This document shows positions 39,293 through 53,135 of a stretch of 64,000 nucleotides of DNA, piece by piece. The notes beneath the pieces were generated by a model, which was not told the origin of the DNA, ran no database searches, and saw only the letters and a list, made by a program, of their open reading frames with translations. A program made the position numbers and the translations under genes. Each line of letters starts with the position of its first letter. The first letter of the stretch is position 1. Source of the DNA: an uncultured Desulfobacterales bacterium (lineage in GTDB: Bacteria > Desulfobacterota > Desulfobacteria > Desulfobacterales > Desulfobacteraceae); the NCBI GenBank assembly GCA_964593725.1, contig CAZQJS010000007.1, positions 20,828 through 84,827 of the forward strand, given 5' to 3'.

Positions 39293-39715
39293 ATGAAAAA
39301 AATCTTACATGAAACAGGGTTTTTATTTGCTGTGGTTTTTTTGGTTATGGTTCTCATGCCTCTGGCTGGCCAGGCTGAAGAACAGACAGGTTTAACTGTT
39401 TCCCGTGCTGCAATCTGCAACGATATAGTTGAGCATGAACCTGTTGATAAAGGAACAACTTTTACAAGTGATGTTAATAAACTTTACTGTTTTTCAGAAA
39501 TCATGGGTGCACAAACCAATACCCATATAACCCATGTATGGTATTTTATGGGTACAGAACGTGCAAGGGTTGAGCTGAAAGTAAACGGTTCAAAATGGCG
39601 CACCTCATCATCCAAACGTATTCAAGACTTTGAAATCGGTGACTGGGAAGTTAAAATTCTTGATGCAGAAGACACAGTATTAAAAGTTCTTAAATTTACC
39701 ATCACAGCACAATAG
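39293..39715 (+). CDS. Secreted DUF2914-like protein
   Basis: Signal peptide. The domain pattern recalled for DUF2914 (ICNDIVEHEPVD...HVWYF). Confidence 0.45.
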   Translation: MKKILHETGFLFAVVFLVMVLMPLAGQAEEQTGLTVSRAAICNDIVEHEPVDKGTTFTSDVNKLYCFSEIMGAQTNTHITHVWYFMGTERARVELKVNGSKWRTSSSKRIQDFEIGDWEVKILDAEDTVLKVLKFTITAQ

Positions 39716-39723
39716 TCTTTGCC

Positions 39724-39777
39724 AACCGCCTTCCATGGAAAACTAATTTTTTTTCAGGGAGGCGGTTCTCTTTTTTT
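39724..39777. terminator. Bidirectional intrinsic terminator between convergent genes
   Basis: Stem AACCGCCT ... AGGCGGTT followed by a T-run (cTCTTTTTTT) on the plus strand. It overlaps the stop of the minus-strand gene. Confidence 0.5.
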
Positions 39778-40330
39778 CCATTGCCTCATTAATAGCCTTG
39801 ATTTTAGGCCCGTCTTCCCTCCAGAGCATACAGCTGTTCAATACAAAATTTTTTTCAGTAATCTGATCCGCGGTTTCAGGAGCAGGGGTCTTATGTTTTC
39901 TCTTTTCTGTGAGCCATCCATGAACTATCTCCTGACCCATGACTGTTAAAAGGTGGGTAAGATGGGTGCATCCCTTTATTGAACCCATGAGCTCCTTGAT
40001 CTTTTTTGAATACCCTGCCTTGATCTCAAGTCCTTCAACCTTTTTAATAACAGCCAGGGTTTCATTACATTGCAGCATTGGAACCCGGGGCATATATGCT
40101 TCTGCCTCTGCAATCCTCAAGGGGTTATCCCGCACTAAAACAAAAATTTCCATGTGGTGAATAACACCCGGGGTCAGCTCCTGTTCCAAAATGTCATACA
40201 CCTTTTGAAAACGCTCATCCAGAAGGGTTCCTTTTACAATCAATTCTGAATTGCCAAGGCAATAGGTTGAAAGTTCAATGTTTCTTGTGTGAATAGCTTT
40301 CCTGTTTTTTATCATATTTTTCAGATCCAT
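39743..40330 (-). CDS. Hypothetical protein (conserved-looking, family not assigned)
   Basis: 195 aa ORF immediately downstream of the helicase on the same strand. No motif recognised. Confidence 0.4.
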   Translation of the reverse strand: MDLKNMIKNRKAIHTRNIELSTYCLGNSELIVKGTLLDERFQKVYDILEQELTPGVIHHMEIFVLVRDNPLRIAEAEAYMPRVPMLQCNETLAVIKKVEGLEIKAGYSKKIKELMGSIKGCTHLTHLLTVMGQEIVHGWLTEKRKHKTPAPETADQITEKNFVLNSCMLWREDGPKIKAINEAMEKKRTASLKKN

Positions 40331-40348
40331 GGTTCATCCTTATATTAA

Positions 40349-42526
40349 TTATTCCCTGAGCCGGGAAACAAGATTTGAAAGCCTGAGCTCTGTTTTATTA
40401 TTTTTTAAAGCCGTTGAAAGGGCTTTTTTTGAACCAACAATTATCACAAGGTGTTTTGCTCTGGTTATTGCAGTATAAAGAAGGTTTCTCTGTAAAAGGG
40501 GAAAATGATTAATGGTTAAAGCAATAACAACACTTGAATATTCGGAACCCTGGGATTTATGAACCGAGATTGCATAGGCAAGGGTAAGCTGATCAAGCTC
40601 TGGAATCTCATAATCAACAATTCTGCCGTAATAATCAACGCTTACAATGCCAAGAGACTTATCAATATCAGCAACAACACCAATATCACCATTAAAAACG
40701 TCTTTTTCATAGTTATTCTTAAGATGCATCACTTTATCATTAACCTTGAATGTAAAGCCATGGCTTTCAATGCCTTCCTGATTGCTGTTCAACACCAGCT
40801 GGAGTTTCCGGTTCAGGTTGATGGTCCCTGCTTCACCTTTGTGCATGGGTGTTAGAACCTGAATTTCATCAACATGGGGAAATGCCTGTTTTATTCTTTC
40901 TGAACATAAAAGAGATATGGTTTTAACAAGCCTTTGGGGTGAATTATTCTCAAGAAAATAAAACTCTGTAAGGGCCTGGCTGTTTTCACCGGATGCCTGG
41001 TTTGTAAGATCAGGCATTTCACCATTTCTAATGGCATGGGCATTCATTATTATCGGGCTGAGTTCTGCCTGTCTGAATATCTCCTTTAAATAAAAGGTCT
41101 TAACAACAGATGAGTCAATAATGTCAGACAGCACATTTCCAGGCCCCACAGATGGAAGCTGAAAAGTGTCCCCCACAAGAATTAAATTTGAATTTACCGG
41201 AAGTGCTGCCAGGAGATGAAACATGAGCATGGTATCAACCATGGAGGTTTCATCCACTATAAAGACATCAAGATCAAAAGGGTTGGAATGGTTTCTGGCA
41301 AAACTATTATCATCCGGATCATATTCCAGGAGTTTATGCAGTGTTTTTGCTGTTTTTCCTGTCACCTCAGAAAGCCTCCGGGCTGCACGCCCTGTGGGAG
41401 CACCCAAAACAACCCGCTTTTTCATCCTCTTAAATACTGCACAAAGGGCCCTTACAAGAGTTGTCTTACCGGTTCCCGGACCGCCTGTAATAACAGTCAC
41501 CCTCTGTTTCAATGTATTTCCAACAATGGTAAGCTGGTGGGAAGAGAGCTCAATTGCAAGCCTTGATCCAACCTCTTCCAGAATTATATCATCATCAATA
41601 AACTTATCAGGCGCGGGAAGGGAGAGCATGGCCTTGATTCTCATGGCAATCCCCTTTTCAGCCAGGTAAAGCCTTTTAAGATAGACTCTGTTGCCCTGGT
41701 CCACCACTATCTCTTCTGCTGTAACAAGATCAGAAAGCGCCCTATCAATACTTTCATAATCTTTTAAATCTGTGTCTCGGATTTCTGCTATGCAGGAGCA
41801 TTTTTCAATCAAATTCTCCTTAAAAATGAAAACATGACCATCCTTTTCCATGGATAAAAGAAGATGAATGAGAAAACCCTTTATTCTTTCCGGGTCATCC
41901 TTTGAGATACCATCTTTTAATGCTATTTTATCGGCAATAAAAAACCCTGATTCAGGAATATCCCTTACCAGGCAATAGGGGTTTAACTTAAGTGTCTCTA
42001 AAGCATCATTGCCATAAAGGGTTATGATTTTTGAGGCATGGATAACACTTATATCCCTGTCCTGGAGAAAATGCATTATCCGCCTTATTGAATGATGTTC
42101 ATTCCAGGCATCTGTGATGAGTTTTGATTTTGCCTTTCCTATACCTTTTATCTCTTTTAATCTTGCAGGTTCATTTTCAATAATATCAAAGGTTTTTTCT
42201 TTAAATTTTTCAACAATCATCCCTGCAAGCTCTTTTTTAATACCCTTTATTATACCAGATTCAAGGTATGCTTTTATACTGTTTACAGATGCAGGAAGAA
42301 GAATATTAAATGTTTTAACCTTAAACTGATCACCCCATTTGGGATGGGTAACCCATTCACCTTTCAGCTCCAGGGTTTCACCCTGAACCACCCCTGGCAT
42401 GGGCCCGGCAATTGTTATGGATTCCTTTGTTCTGCCAGGTTCCAGCCTTGCAATGGTGTAATAATTATCCTGGTTCTGGTATATAATCCTCTTAAGGGCG
42501 CCTGATAATTTAATCATTGAGCTCAT
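40349..42526 (-). CDS. recD2: RecD2-like SF1B ATP-dependent DNA helicase
   Basis: 725 aa. Walker A ITGGPGTGKTT, DExx IVDETSMVD, and C-terminal helicase motifs (TIHKSQGSE, AITRAK). N-terminal extension as in RecD2. Confidence 0.8.
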   Translation of the reverse strand: MSSMIKLSGALKRIIYQNQDNYYTIARLEPGRTKESITIAGPMPGVVQGETLELKGEWVTHPKWGDQFKVKTFNILLPASVNSIKAYLESGIIKGIKKELAGMIVEKFKEKTFDIIENEPARLKEIKGIGKAKSKLITDAWNEHHSIRRIMHFLQDRDISVIHASKIITLYGNDALETLKLNPYCLVRDIPESGFFIADKIALKDGISKDDPERIKGFLIHLLLSMEKDGHVFIFKENLIEKCSCIAEIRDTDLKDYESIDRALSDLVTAEEIVVDQGNRVYLKRLYLAEKGIAMRIKAMLSLPAPDKFIDDDIILEEVGSRLAIELSSHQLTIVGNTLKQRVTVITGGPGTGKTTLVRALCAVFKRMKKRVVLGAPTGRAARRLSEVTGKTAKTLHKLLEYDPDDNSFARNHSNPFDLDVFIVDETSMVDTMLMFHLLAALPVNSNLILVGDTFQLPSVGPGNVLSDIIDSSVVKTFYLKEIFRQAELSPIIMNAHAIRNGEMPDLTNQASGENSQALTEFYFLENNSPQRLVKTISLLCSERIKQAFPHVDEIQVLTPMHKGEAGTINLNRKLQLVLNSNQEGIESHGFTFKVNDKVMHLKNNYEKDVFNGDIGVVADIDKSLGIVSVDYYGRIVDYEIPELDQLTLAYAISVHKSQGSEYSSVVIALTINHFPLLQRNLLYTAITRAKHLVIIVGSKKALSTALKNNKTELRLSNLVSRLRE

Positions 42527-43079
42527 TTAATAACCACTCTACAGCTTCAAACAGGTTCTCTGCTGTAAAGTCTGGTTTTACACCCTTTTCAGCAAGCTGG
42601 TTTTTTGCCTTCCTGCCATTTGAGGCTCCAACAAGAATGGATAATCCGCATCCTGCATTTACTGCGCACTCAATATCCTTTGCACTGTCGCCCACCATGC
42701 ATGAATTCAGAAGATCAATCCCATATTTTTTTTGTGCCTTTAGTATTAATCCTGGCCTGGGTTTTCTGCAGGTGCACCCTTTGGCAGGATGGTGAGGGCA
42801 ATAAAAAATATCTTTTATTTCACCGCCCGCATCATAAATGCCGGATTTCATTTTATTGAAAATCTTTTCAAGGCGGGTTTTTGTGGTAAGACCCCTGTCA
42901 ATGGCAGACTGGTTGGTTATAATAATAACATCAATTCCTGCTTTACAAAGCATGGAAACAGCTTCAGGGCTTTTTTCAATAAAGAAAAACTCTGATTCAT
43001 CTTTAATATAATCAGCAGAATCAATGTTTATAACCCCGTCCCGGTCTAAAAAAACAGTATATTTCATGGCAGCCATCAC
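42510..43079 (-). CDS. gmhB: D-glycero-beta-D-manno-heptose-1,7-bisphosphate 7-phosphatase (HAD family)
   Basis: FLDRDGVIN, HAD motif I with the DxD variant. Zn-Cys cluster CPHHPAKGCTCRKP, typical of GmhB. Confidence 0.75.
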   Translation of the reverse strand: MMAAMKYTVFLDRDGVINIDSADYIKDESEFFFIEKSPEAVSMLCKAGIDVIIITNQSAIDRGLTTKTRLEKIFNKMKSGIYDAGGEIKDIFYCPHHPAKGCTCRKPRPGLILKAQKKYGIDLLNSCMVGDSAKDIECAVNAGCGLSILVGASNGRKAKNQLAEKGVKPDFTAENLFEAVEWLLNELND

Positions 43080-43915
43080 TCAGCCAATAAAAACACCGAT
43101 CTGTGGCCGTTTAAACTGAGCTTTTTCTCCAGCATTAAAGCTTTTTTTAAGGATGAATATTTTCCAACCCTTACCCGGTAAAAAGTACCACGATAATCCT
43201 TATGGGTAGTTATATGGACATCTTTATATACCCTTGAAAGCCTGTATTTTAAATTTTCAGCATTGGACTTTACTTTAAAAGCACCAACCTGTATGGAAAA
43301 ATTTCCAGTATAAAGATCCACTGGAACATACTCTTTTTTTCTTGCCTTTGAATTTTTCAGTTTTCCAAGCACAATAACTTTTACTGGAGCTGTGCCCTGC
43401 TTTACCATGCCGAGTTTTTTTGCCCCTGTAAATGTAAGATCAATAACACGCCCTCTTACAAAGGGTCCACGGTCATTAATTCGTACAACTATCTCTTTTT
43501 TATTTCTCAGGTTTAAAACCTTTACCCAGGTCTGAAGGGGCAGGGTTTTATGGGCTGCAGTCATTGCATACATGTTATATATTTCACCACTTGCTGTTTT
43601 TCTGCCGTGGAATTTTTTTCCGTACCAGGATGCAATACCTCTCTGGGTATAGTTCCTGGGCTGATTTTCCGGGACATATTGTACCCCGTCGATATAATAG
43701 GGTTTTCCTACCCCGGAATTAGAGTCATTGGAAATATATCCTGTTTTGAGGTTTGACTCTTTAGTATCTGTTTCTTCCGCTTGTATATCTTTGGTTTCAA
43801 ATTCAACATATACTCCTTTTTTTACACAACCTGATACAATAAGTAAAACAAGGAATAAAAAAATAAAACCAATAAACTTAATCTTTAAAAAAACGGTGTT
43901 CTTCCTTAAATCCAT
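43076..43915 (-). CDS. rlpA: Septal ring lytic transglycosylase RlpA-family protein with a C-terminal SPOR domain
   Basis: Lipoprotein signal (VSGC). DPBB motif GIASWYGKKFHGRKTASGEIYNMYAMTAAHKTLP. C-terminal SPOR-like region (FSIQVGAF...). Confidence 0.8.
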   Translation of the reverse strand: MDLRKNTVFLKIKFIGFIFLFLVLLIVSGCVKKGVYVEFETKDIQAEETDTKESNLKTGYISNDSNSGVGKPYYIDGVQYVPENQPRNYTQRGIASWYGKKFHGRKTASGEIYNMYAMTAAHKTLPLQTWVKVLNLRNKKEIVVRINDRGPFVRGRVIDLTFTGAKKLGMVKQGTAPVKVIVLGKLKNSKARKKEYVPVDLYTGNFSIQVGAFKVKSNAENLKYRLSRVYKDVHITTHKDYRGTFYRVRVGKYSSLKKALMLEKKLSLNGHRSVFLLAE

Positions 43916-43926
43916 AATATGATTCC

Positions 43927-46290
43927 CTAAATATTAAGAGCAATTTTTAATACCTCCTCCATGGTTTCAGTAAAAAAGAATTTTATTTTATTTTTTACCT
44001 TTTGAGGAACATCCACAATGTCTTTTTCATTCCAGCTGGGAAGAATAATACTTTTTATGCCGCTCCTCTGGGCAGCAATAACCTTTTCCTTAATTCCTCC
44101 AACAGGAAGCACATCACCCCTTAACGTAATCTCTCCTGTCATTGCAAGCTTTTTTTGAACAGGTTTTCCAACAATAAGAGACATGAGTGCTGTCAACATT
44201 GCAACGCCGGCAGATGGCCCATCCTTGGGTATTGCTCCTTCGGGAACATGGATATGAATATCATGCTCTTCAAAAAAACTTTCATCTATATTAAATGCAT
44301 CTGTCTTGGATCTTATATAACTTAAAGCCGTGTTGGCAGACTCCTTCATGACTTCCCCCAGATGGCCTGTCAGGGTTAAAAGGCTTGCTCCTTTCATGGA
44401 AGCTGCCTCTATATATAAAATTTCTCCTCCAAATGGAGTCCAGGCAAGACCCAGAACAACTCCGGGGCAGGATATTTTCAGGTTATGATCAGGCATGTTA
44501 CGTTCCACACCCAAATATTTGGGAATATCCTGCTTAAGTACTTTTACAGGTATCTTCCTGTCTGAATTTTCTTCCACTATTTTGCTTGCAACACCACGGC
44601 AGACTGATCCTATCTCCCTTTCAAGATTTCTTAAACCTGACTCCCTTGTATATCTTGATATAATGGTTTTTATGGCACCGGGGGTTATCTGTATTTGAGA
44701 TGCTGTTAAGCCGTTTTCATAACGCTGCCGCGGTATCAGATATTTTGTCGCAATTTTTATTTTTTCTTCCTCAATATACCCGCTCATCTCAATGACTTCC
44801 ATCCTGTCCTTTAAGGGTTCAGGAATGGAATAAAGTACATTTGCTGTTGCAAGAAAAATAACATCGGAAAGATCAAAGGGCAGATCAAGATAGTTATCGG
44901 AAAAAGAGTAGTTCTGTTCAGGATCAAGCACTTCAAGCAGAGCAGATGACGGATCACCCTGGTAGGAGGAGTCAATCTTATCTATCTCATCCAGCATAAA
45001 AACAGGATTATTTGTACCAGCTCTCCTGAGCTGCTGGATAATTCTTCCCGGCAGGGCTCCCACATATGTTCGTCTGTGACCCCTTATTTCAGCCTCATCC
45101 CTGATACCTCCCAGGGCAATTCTGACAAACTTTCTCCCCAAAGCCCTTGCAATGGATTTGCCAAGGGATGTTTTTCCTGTGCCCGGCGGTCCTGAAAAAC
45201 ATAATATAGGCCCCTTGGAATCCTTTTTAAGCTTTCTTACCGAAAGATACTCAAGTATTCTCTGTTTTGGTTTTTCAAGACCATAATGATCATTATCAAG
45301 CACTGCCCTTGCTTTTTTTATTTCAATTTCATCAATGGATTTTTCTGTCCAGGGCAGGGTTGTAATCCAGTCAAGGTATGTTGAAGAGACAATATATTCA
45401 CTTGAAGAAGGATGCATTTTGGAAAGGCGGTCAAGCTCCCGCAGGGCCTCTTTAAACACATCTCCCTTAAGGCCCTTGGCTTCTATTTTGTCCCTGTACT
45501 CCCTGATCTCTATGTTTTCTTCATCAGATTCCCCAAGCTCTTCCTTAATGGTCTTAAGCTGTTGCCGCAGATAATAATCCCTCTGCTTTTTATCCATATC
45601 CTCTTTAACCTGGGACTGGATTTTAGAACCCATCTCAAGGATATCAAGCTGATCATTTACAAGGCGGGTTACACACTCAAGCCTTTTTCTGACATCAAGG
45701 GATTCAAGGGCTTTTTGTTTTTCTTCCACTGGTGCATTTATGGAAGAGGCAACCATATCGGCAAGAACATCAGGATCCTGGAGCGATTTCACAAGATCAA
45801 TCATTTCAGGCGGCAGGCCCGGCGAAAGTTTAACAATTTTTTCGTACTGTTCAATAATATTGGACATCAATGCACGATTTGCCTTGCTTCGCTTAAAGTT
45901 CCGGTTTTTAAGTACCTTGATCCTTGCTTTTATATATGTTTTTTCGTTTAAATACTCTTCAACTTTAAACCTGTTTATTCCCTGAATTAAAAGCTGGGCC
46001 TTATCATCTTCCATTTTGGACATTTTAAGTATTACAGCAGCTGTTCCAACCTTATAAAGATCTCTTGTGGTATGTCTTTCACCGGCTTCAGACCGTTTGG
46101 ATAAAATCAGCCCCAGTATTCTGTCCTTTGCCATTGCTTCATCAATTAAATCTATTGCCTCTTGCTGCTCCAGCACAAGGGGTAGAACCATTTTTGGAAA
46201 AAGATTTGTATTAACAATGGGAAGGATCGGTAAAGTATCCGGGATTTGATCTGTTTTAATATTAACAGAATTGTGTTCCATATCATTCAT
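43927..46290 (-). CDS. lon: ATP-dependent Lon protease (LonA)
   Basis: 787 aa. AAA+ Walker A GPPGTGKTS. Protease catalytic Ser context PKDGPSAGVAM. Confidence 0.95.
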   Translation of the reverse strand: MNDMEHNSVNIKTDQIPDTLPILPIVNTNLFPKMVLPLVLEQQEAIDLIDEAMAKDRILGLILSKRSEAGERHTTRDLYKVGTAAVILKMSKMEDDKAQLLIQGINRFKVEEYLNEKTYIKARIKVLKNRNFKRSKANRALMSNIIEQYEKIVKLSPGLPPEMIDLVKSLQDPDVLADMVASSINAPVEEKQKALESLDVRKRLECVTRLVNDQLDILEMGSKIQSQVKEDMDKKQRDYYLRQQLKTIKEELGESDEENIEIREYRDKIEAKGLKGDVFKEALRELDRLSKMHPSSSEYIVSSTYLDWITTLPWTEKSIDEIEIKKARAVLDNDHYGLEKPKQRILEYLSVRKLKKDSKGPILCFSGPPGTGKTSLGKSIARALGRKFVRIALGGIRDEAEIRGHRRTYVGALPGRIIQQLRRAGTNNPVFMLDEIDKIDSSYQGDPSSALLEVLDPEQNYSFSDNYLDLPFDLSDVIFLATANVLYSIPEPLKDRMEVIEMSGYIEEEKIKIATKYLIPRQRYENGLTASQIQITPGAIKTIISRYTRESGLRNLEREIGSVCRGVASKIVEENSDRKIPVKVLKQDIPKYLGVERNMPDHNLKISCPGVVLGLAWTPFGGEILYIEAASMKGASLLTLTGHLGEVMKESANTALSYIRSKTDAFNIDESFFEEHDIHIHVPEGAIPKDGPSAGVAMLTALMSLIVGKPVQKKLAMTGEITLRGDVLPVGGIKEKVIAAQRSGIKSIILPSWNEKDIVDVPQKVKNKIKFFFTETMEEVLKIALNI

Positions 46291-46321
46291 GATTATTTAA
46301 TTACCAGAATTCAGATTATAT

Positions 46322-46759
46322 TTATACTGACCTTGATCCTCCGTTTCCCTGGAATTTTTCCATTTTAATCTCAAGAAATCCATTGGAAAAGTGAGCAGAC
46401 ACACTTTTTGTATCCACAATGGTGGGCAGATATAACACCCTTTCAAAATCTCCAAATTGAATTTCAGCAAGTCTGTATGTTGCGATTTTATTCTTAGGAG
46501 GTTTAATACTTTTTCTTTTACCGGAAATTTTAACTGCTTTACTGCTGACTTCAATTAAAATATCCTGTTTTTTTACTCCGGCTATTTCAGCATGTATGAT
46601 TATTTTCTCTCTTGTTTCAAATATATCCATCTGGGGCTTCCACACACGTCTTGAGGGGCAGAACATGGGGCTTACAGATTGAAACATATCTTCTAAGGAT
46701 CGTTCCTTCCTGGGTTCTTCATCAATCTCTTCATCACAGCGAATCTCTATGGAGTTCAT
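46322..46759 (-). CDS. Hsp20/alpha-crystallin small heat-shock protein
   Basis: 145 aa. Alpha-crystallin domain (ENGFLEIKM at the C-terminus). Confidence 0.8.
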   Translation of the reverse strand: MNSIEIRCDEEIDEEPRKERSLEDMFQSVSPMFCPSRRVWKPQMDIFETREKIIIHAEIAGVKKQDILIEVSSKAVKISGKRKSIKPPKNKIATYRLAEIQFGDFERVLYLPTIVDTKSVSAHFSNGFLEIKMEKFQGNGGSRSV

Positions 46760-46886
46760 ATATTAAGCTCCTAATGATCTAATGCTTTTTCTCACATGGT
46801 TCTATGTAAAATACCATTTGTTCCCACCCTTGTAAAGAAACTATTATTACCCCATTATTGTTTCATAAAACATCCGGGAAGGGACA

Positions 46887-46916
46887 GCAATACGTTAAAA
46901 GCCGGGTTGTTTTTAA
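46887..46916. terminator. Intrinsic terminator hairpin downstream of the PFOR gene, bidirectional
   Basis: AAAAGCCGGGTT-gttttt-AACCCGGCTTTT: a 12-bp perfect stem flanked by A/T runs on both sides. Confidence 0.6.
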
Positions 46917-46945
46917 CCCGGCTTTTAATTTTGTTTTTTTCAGGT

Positions 46946-50473
<3,528 letters not shown>

Positions 50474-50648
50474 TTATTCAAATTTGAATACTAATTAGAA
50501 AAACAACGTATCTTTTGAGAATACACCAGATGGTAAAAGATGTAAAATAATAATTAATCTCCATAATTATTATTGTTTAATACTTGTAAAAGATTATATA
50601 TCCTGATATCGAAAATTATTATCAATTTTAAAAGCTTAAGGTTAAAAA

Positions 50649-51455
50649 ATGAAAATCAGTGTTGTTCAGATGGATTGTGATCCGGGTAATATTAAATCAA
50701 ATATGGAAAAAATATCTTTTTATTCTTATAAAGCCCGGGAAAAAGGGTCTGACATTGTTGTTTTCCCTGAAATGGTTGATACTGGTTATAATATGGATAT
50801 TATCAGAAAAAATGCTTGTGCATGGGATGAATCTGATGATAATTGTCCTTTTTCCATTATTAAAAAAGCTGCTCTTGACAATAAAATAAATATAATTTGT
50901 AATATTTCTGAAAAGGTAAATAAAAAAATTTATAATACTACTCTGGTTTCTGGTTTAAATGGAAATTTAATTGGAAAATACAGAAAAAATCACCTTGCAG
51001 ATTTTTCTCCCTTAAATGAAGGGTCCTGTATTACTCCTGGCCGTGATCTTGTAGTTGTTGAAATTAACAATATAAAATTTGGTTTATTAACCTGTTATGA
51101 TTTAAGGTTTCCGGAAATGAGCAGAGCCCTTGTTCTCAGGGGTGCTGATATTCTTGTTTTATGCTCTGCATGGCCTTTTCCAAGGCTTGTTCACTTGAAA
51201 ACACTTATCAGGGCAAGGGCCATTGAAAACCAGGTCTTTTTTATTAGTGCAAATCGCACAGGAACTGATAATTCTGTTGATTTCTGTGGTTCAAGCACTA
51301 TTGCAGATCCATATGGTGTTACTCTTTCCTCGGCTTGTGATAATGGTGAAGCTCATATTTTCAGTGAAATTGATATTAATATTATTAAAAAGATAAGATA
51401 TGATCTGCCTGTTTTTGATCATAGAACAAAGCTTGATAAACAGCCTTTAATATAA
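50649..51455 (+). CDS. Carbon-nitrogen hydrolase family protein (nitrilase/omega-amidase-like)
   Basis: Catalytic E-K-C triad contexts: FPEM (Glu), RKNHL (Lys), LLTCYDLRFPE (Cys). Confidence 0.7.
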   Translation: MKISVVQMDCDPGNIKSNMEKISFYSYKAREKGSDIVVFPEMVDTGYNMDIIRKNACAWDESDDNCPFSIIKKAALDNKINIICNISEKVNKKIYNTTLVSGLNGNLIGKYRKNHLADFSPLNEGSCITPGRDLVVVEINNIKFGLLTCYDLRFPEMSRALVLRGADILVLCSAWPFPRLVHLKTLIRARAIENQVFFISANRTGTDNSVDFCGSSTIADPYGVTLSSACDNGEAHIFSEIDINIIKKIRYDLPVFDHRTKLDKQPLI

Positions 51456-51756
51456 AATTTCATACCTGCCCTTTTTTAACTTTCAGCAATTCCCGGTGGT
51501 TATTTTTTAAAAGTGCAGACATGTCTTATATTCCTGCAGCCATGCCAAAAGATCACAAGATTTTATATGAATGATTTGAAGAGCTCAAAAGTCTTAGGGA
51601 GATACAAAAGAAACTTTTTTATTTATTTCAAATCGAAAATTGCTGGCGGAATACGTGTCATATCTGGTACTTCAATATAATAATGGCAAATCCTGTATAT
51701 ATTTTGGGAATAACAAATAATGTTATATTGTCTTTTAAGGCATAAGATCGGGCAAA

Positions 51757-51832
51757 GTGAGGCCTGGATATGCTTTTGGAGTGCATCTGTTTCAAGTGAA
51801 ACCTAAACGGAAAAAGCATATCCAGGCCTCAC
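51757..51832. repeat. Perfect 21-bp inverted repeat (GTGAGGCCTGGATATGCTTTT / AAAAGCATATCCAGGCCTCAC) separated by a 34-nt spacer
   Basis: Read directly at 51757-51777 and 51812-51832. GC-richer than the surrounding AT-rich spacer. No T-run follows. Confidence 0.7.
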
Positions 51833-51969
51833 TTATTCCTTTATTAATCTTAAAAATAATTTTTGACCGGGAATTGCTGTTTAACTTTTTTATTCCTTTT
51901 GTAAATTACGTATTTATGATAAATATTATTTTTTGATATTTTTAATTAATAATAAAATCAGGAGTTAAT

Positions 51970-52584
51970 ATGGCATTTTTATCATCAAGTTCATCTATTT
52001 CACGCTATTTTATTGAAGGTAAATTTGATGATTCAATTATGGAAAAAATGAATCTGGGTTTAAAAAAATTTTCAATTCCAGAAATTGAAAATGACTTCAG
52101 TGAAGTATCAGCCGGATGGACACCTTTTGAAAGCCCTTATAAACCCGATTTTGATAAATTCGGGTTTACCTTTGGCACATATTTTCTATTTAATTTAAGA
52201 ATTGATAAAAAAAGCATACCTGTAAAACTTATTAAAAAACATATTGTATTGGAAACAGAAAAAAGATTAAAAAAAAGCGGGCGTTCATTTATTTCTAAAA
52301 ATGAAAAATCTGAAATTAAGGATTTTGTAATTGATAATCTAACAAGGATTATTCCGTCTGTACCTAATATTTATGAGGTTTTATGGAATTATGAAGAGAA
52401 CAGCCTCTTACTGTTTACAACACAAAAAGCAGCAAATGAACTTTTTGAAACCATCTTTTTAAAATCCTTTGATTTAAAAGCCATACGGTTATTTCCCTAT
52501 ACAATGGTTGAAAAAAAGTCAAATTTGTCTGATCAGCAGAAAGATATAATCTATAATCAAACTCCATTAAAATATTTAAGCTAA
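51970..52584 (+). CDS. Hypothetical protein, tentatively the RdgC-like (recombination-associated) N-terminal part
   Basis: 204 aa. Weak resemblance, from memory, to RdgC N-terminal regions (…GWTPFE…, …KNEKSEIKDFVIDNLTRIIPS…). Followed 20 nt later by a second ORF in a different frame. Confidence 0.3.
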   Translation: MAFLSSSSSISRYFIEGKFDDSIMEKMNLGLKKFSIPEIENDFSEVSAGWTPFESPYKPDFDKFGFTFGTYFLFNLRIDKKSIPVKLIKKHIVLETEKRLKKSGRSFISKNEKSEIKDFVIDNLTRIIPSVPNIYEVLWNYEENSLLLFTTQKAANELFETIFLKSFDLKAIRLFPYTMVEKKSNLSDQQKDIIYNQTPLKYLS

Positions 52585-52604
52585 TTAATTAAAATGAGGT
52601 AAAA

Positions 52605-53135
52605 ATGCTCGATATTGCAACCGGATATAATAAATATAAATTTCTTGGCAATGATTTTCTGACATGGATCTGGTATTTAGCTGAGAATAATATCAATATT
52701 AAAGAGTTAGCTGATTTAGAATATAAAACAATAACCCTTGATATTGGAAATAGTATTGTTCTTGAAAACTCTCCTCCTGGAAAAGCTAAGGAAAAAATTT
52801 CCATAAAAGGAGATGAAGCAGGTCTTGAAGAGGGAAAAACTGCCCTTAAAAAAGGTGGTGTTGTAACAAGTATTAATCTTGTTTTAAATATTGATACAGA
52901 AGAATATAAATTTTCAATTAAGGGTGAAAGTATTAATATAAGCGGTTTTAAGACACCTGCTTTTAAATCGGAAAATAGTGAAGATATTGAAGGTGCAATA
53001 ATTGAAAAAGCATATTTCTGTGAAAAAATTTACAATTTTATTGACACTCTCTTTAATAAATATATTGAGAAAATATCCTCTGACACCTTTAAAAGTGATG
53101 ATATGCGTAAAATAAAGCAATGGATTCTTAATTAA
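52605..53135 (+). CDS. Hypothetical protein, tentatively the RdgC-like C-terminal part
   Basis: 176 aa, K/E/I-rich. Reading frame differs from the upstream ORF (+1 versus +3). Confidence 0.3.
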   Translation: MLDIATGYNKYKFLGNDFLTWIWYLAENNINIKELADLEYKTITLDIGNSIVLENSPPGKAKEKISIKGDEAGLEEGKTALKKGGVVTSINLVLNIDTEEYKFSIKGESINISGFKTPAFKSENSEDIEGAIIEKAYFCEKIYNFIDTLFNKYIEKISSDTFKSDDMRKIKQWILN

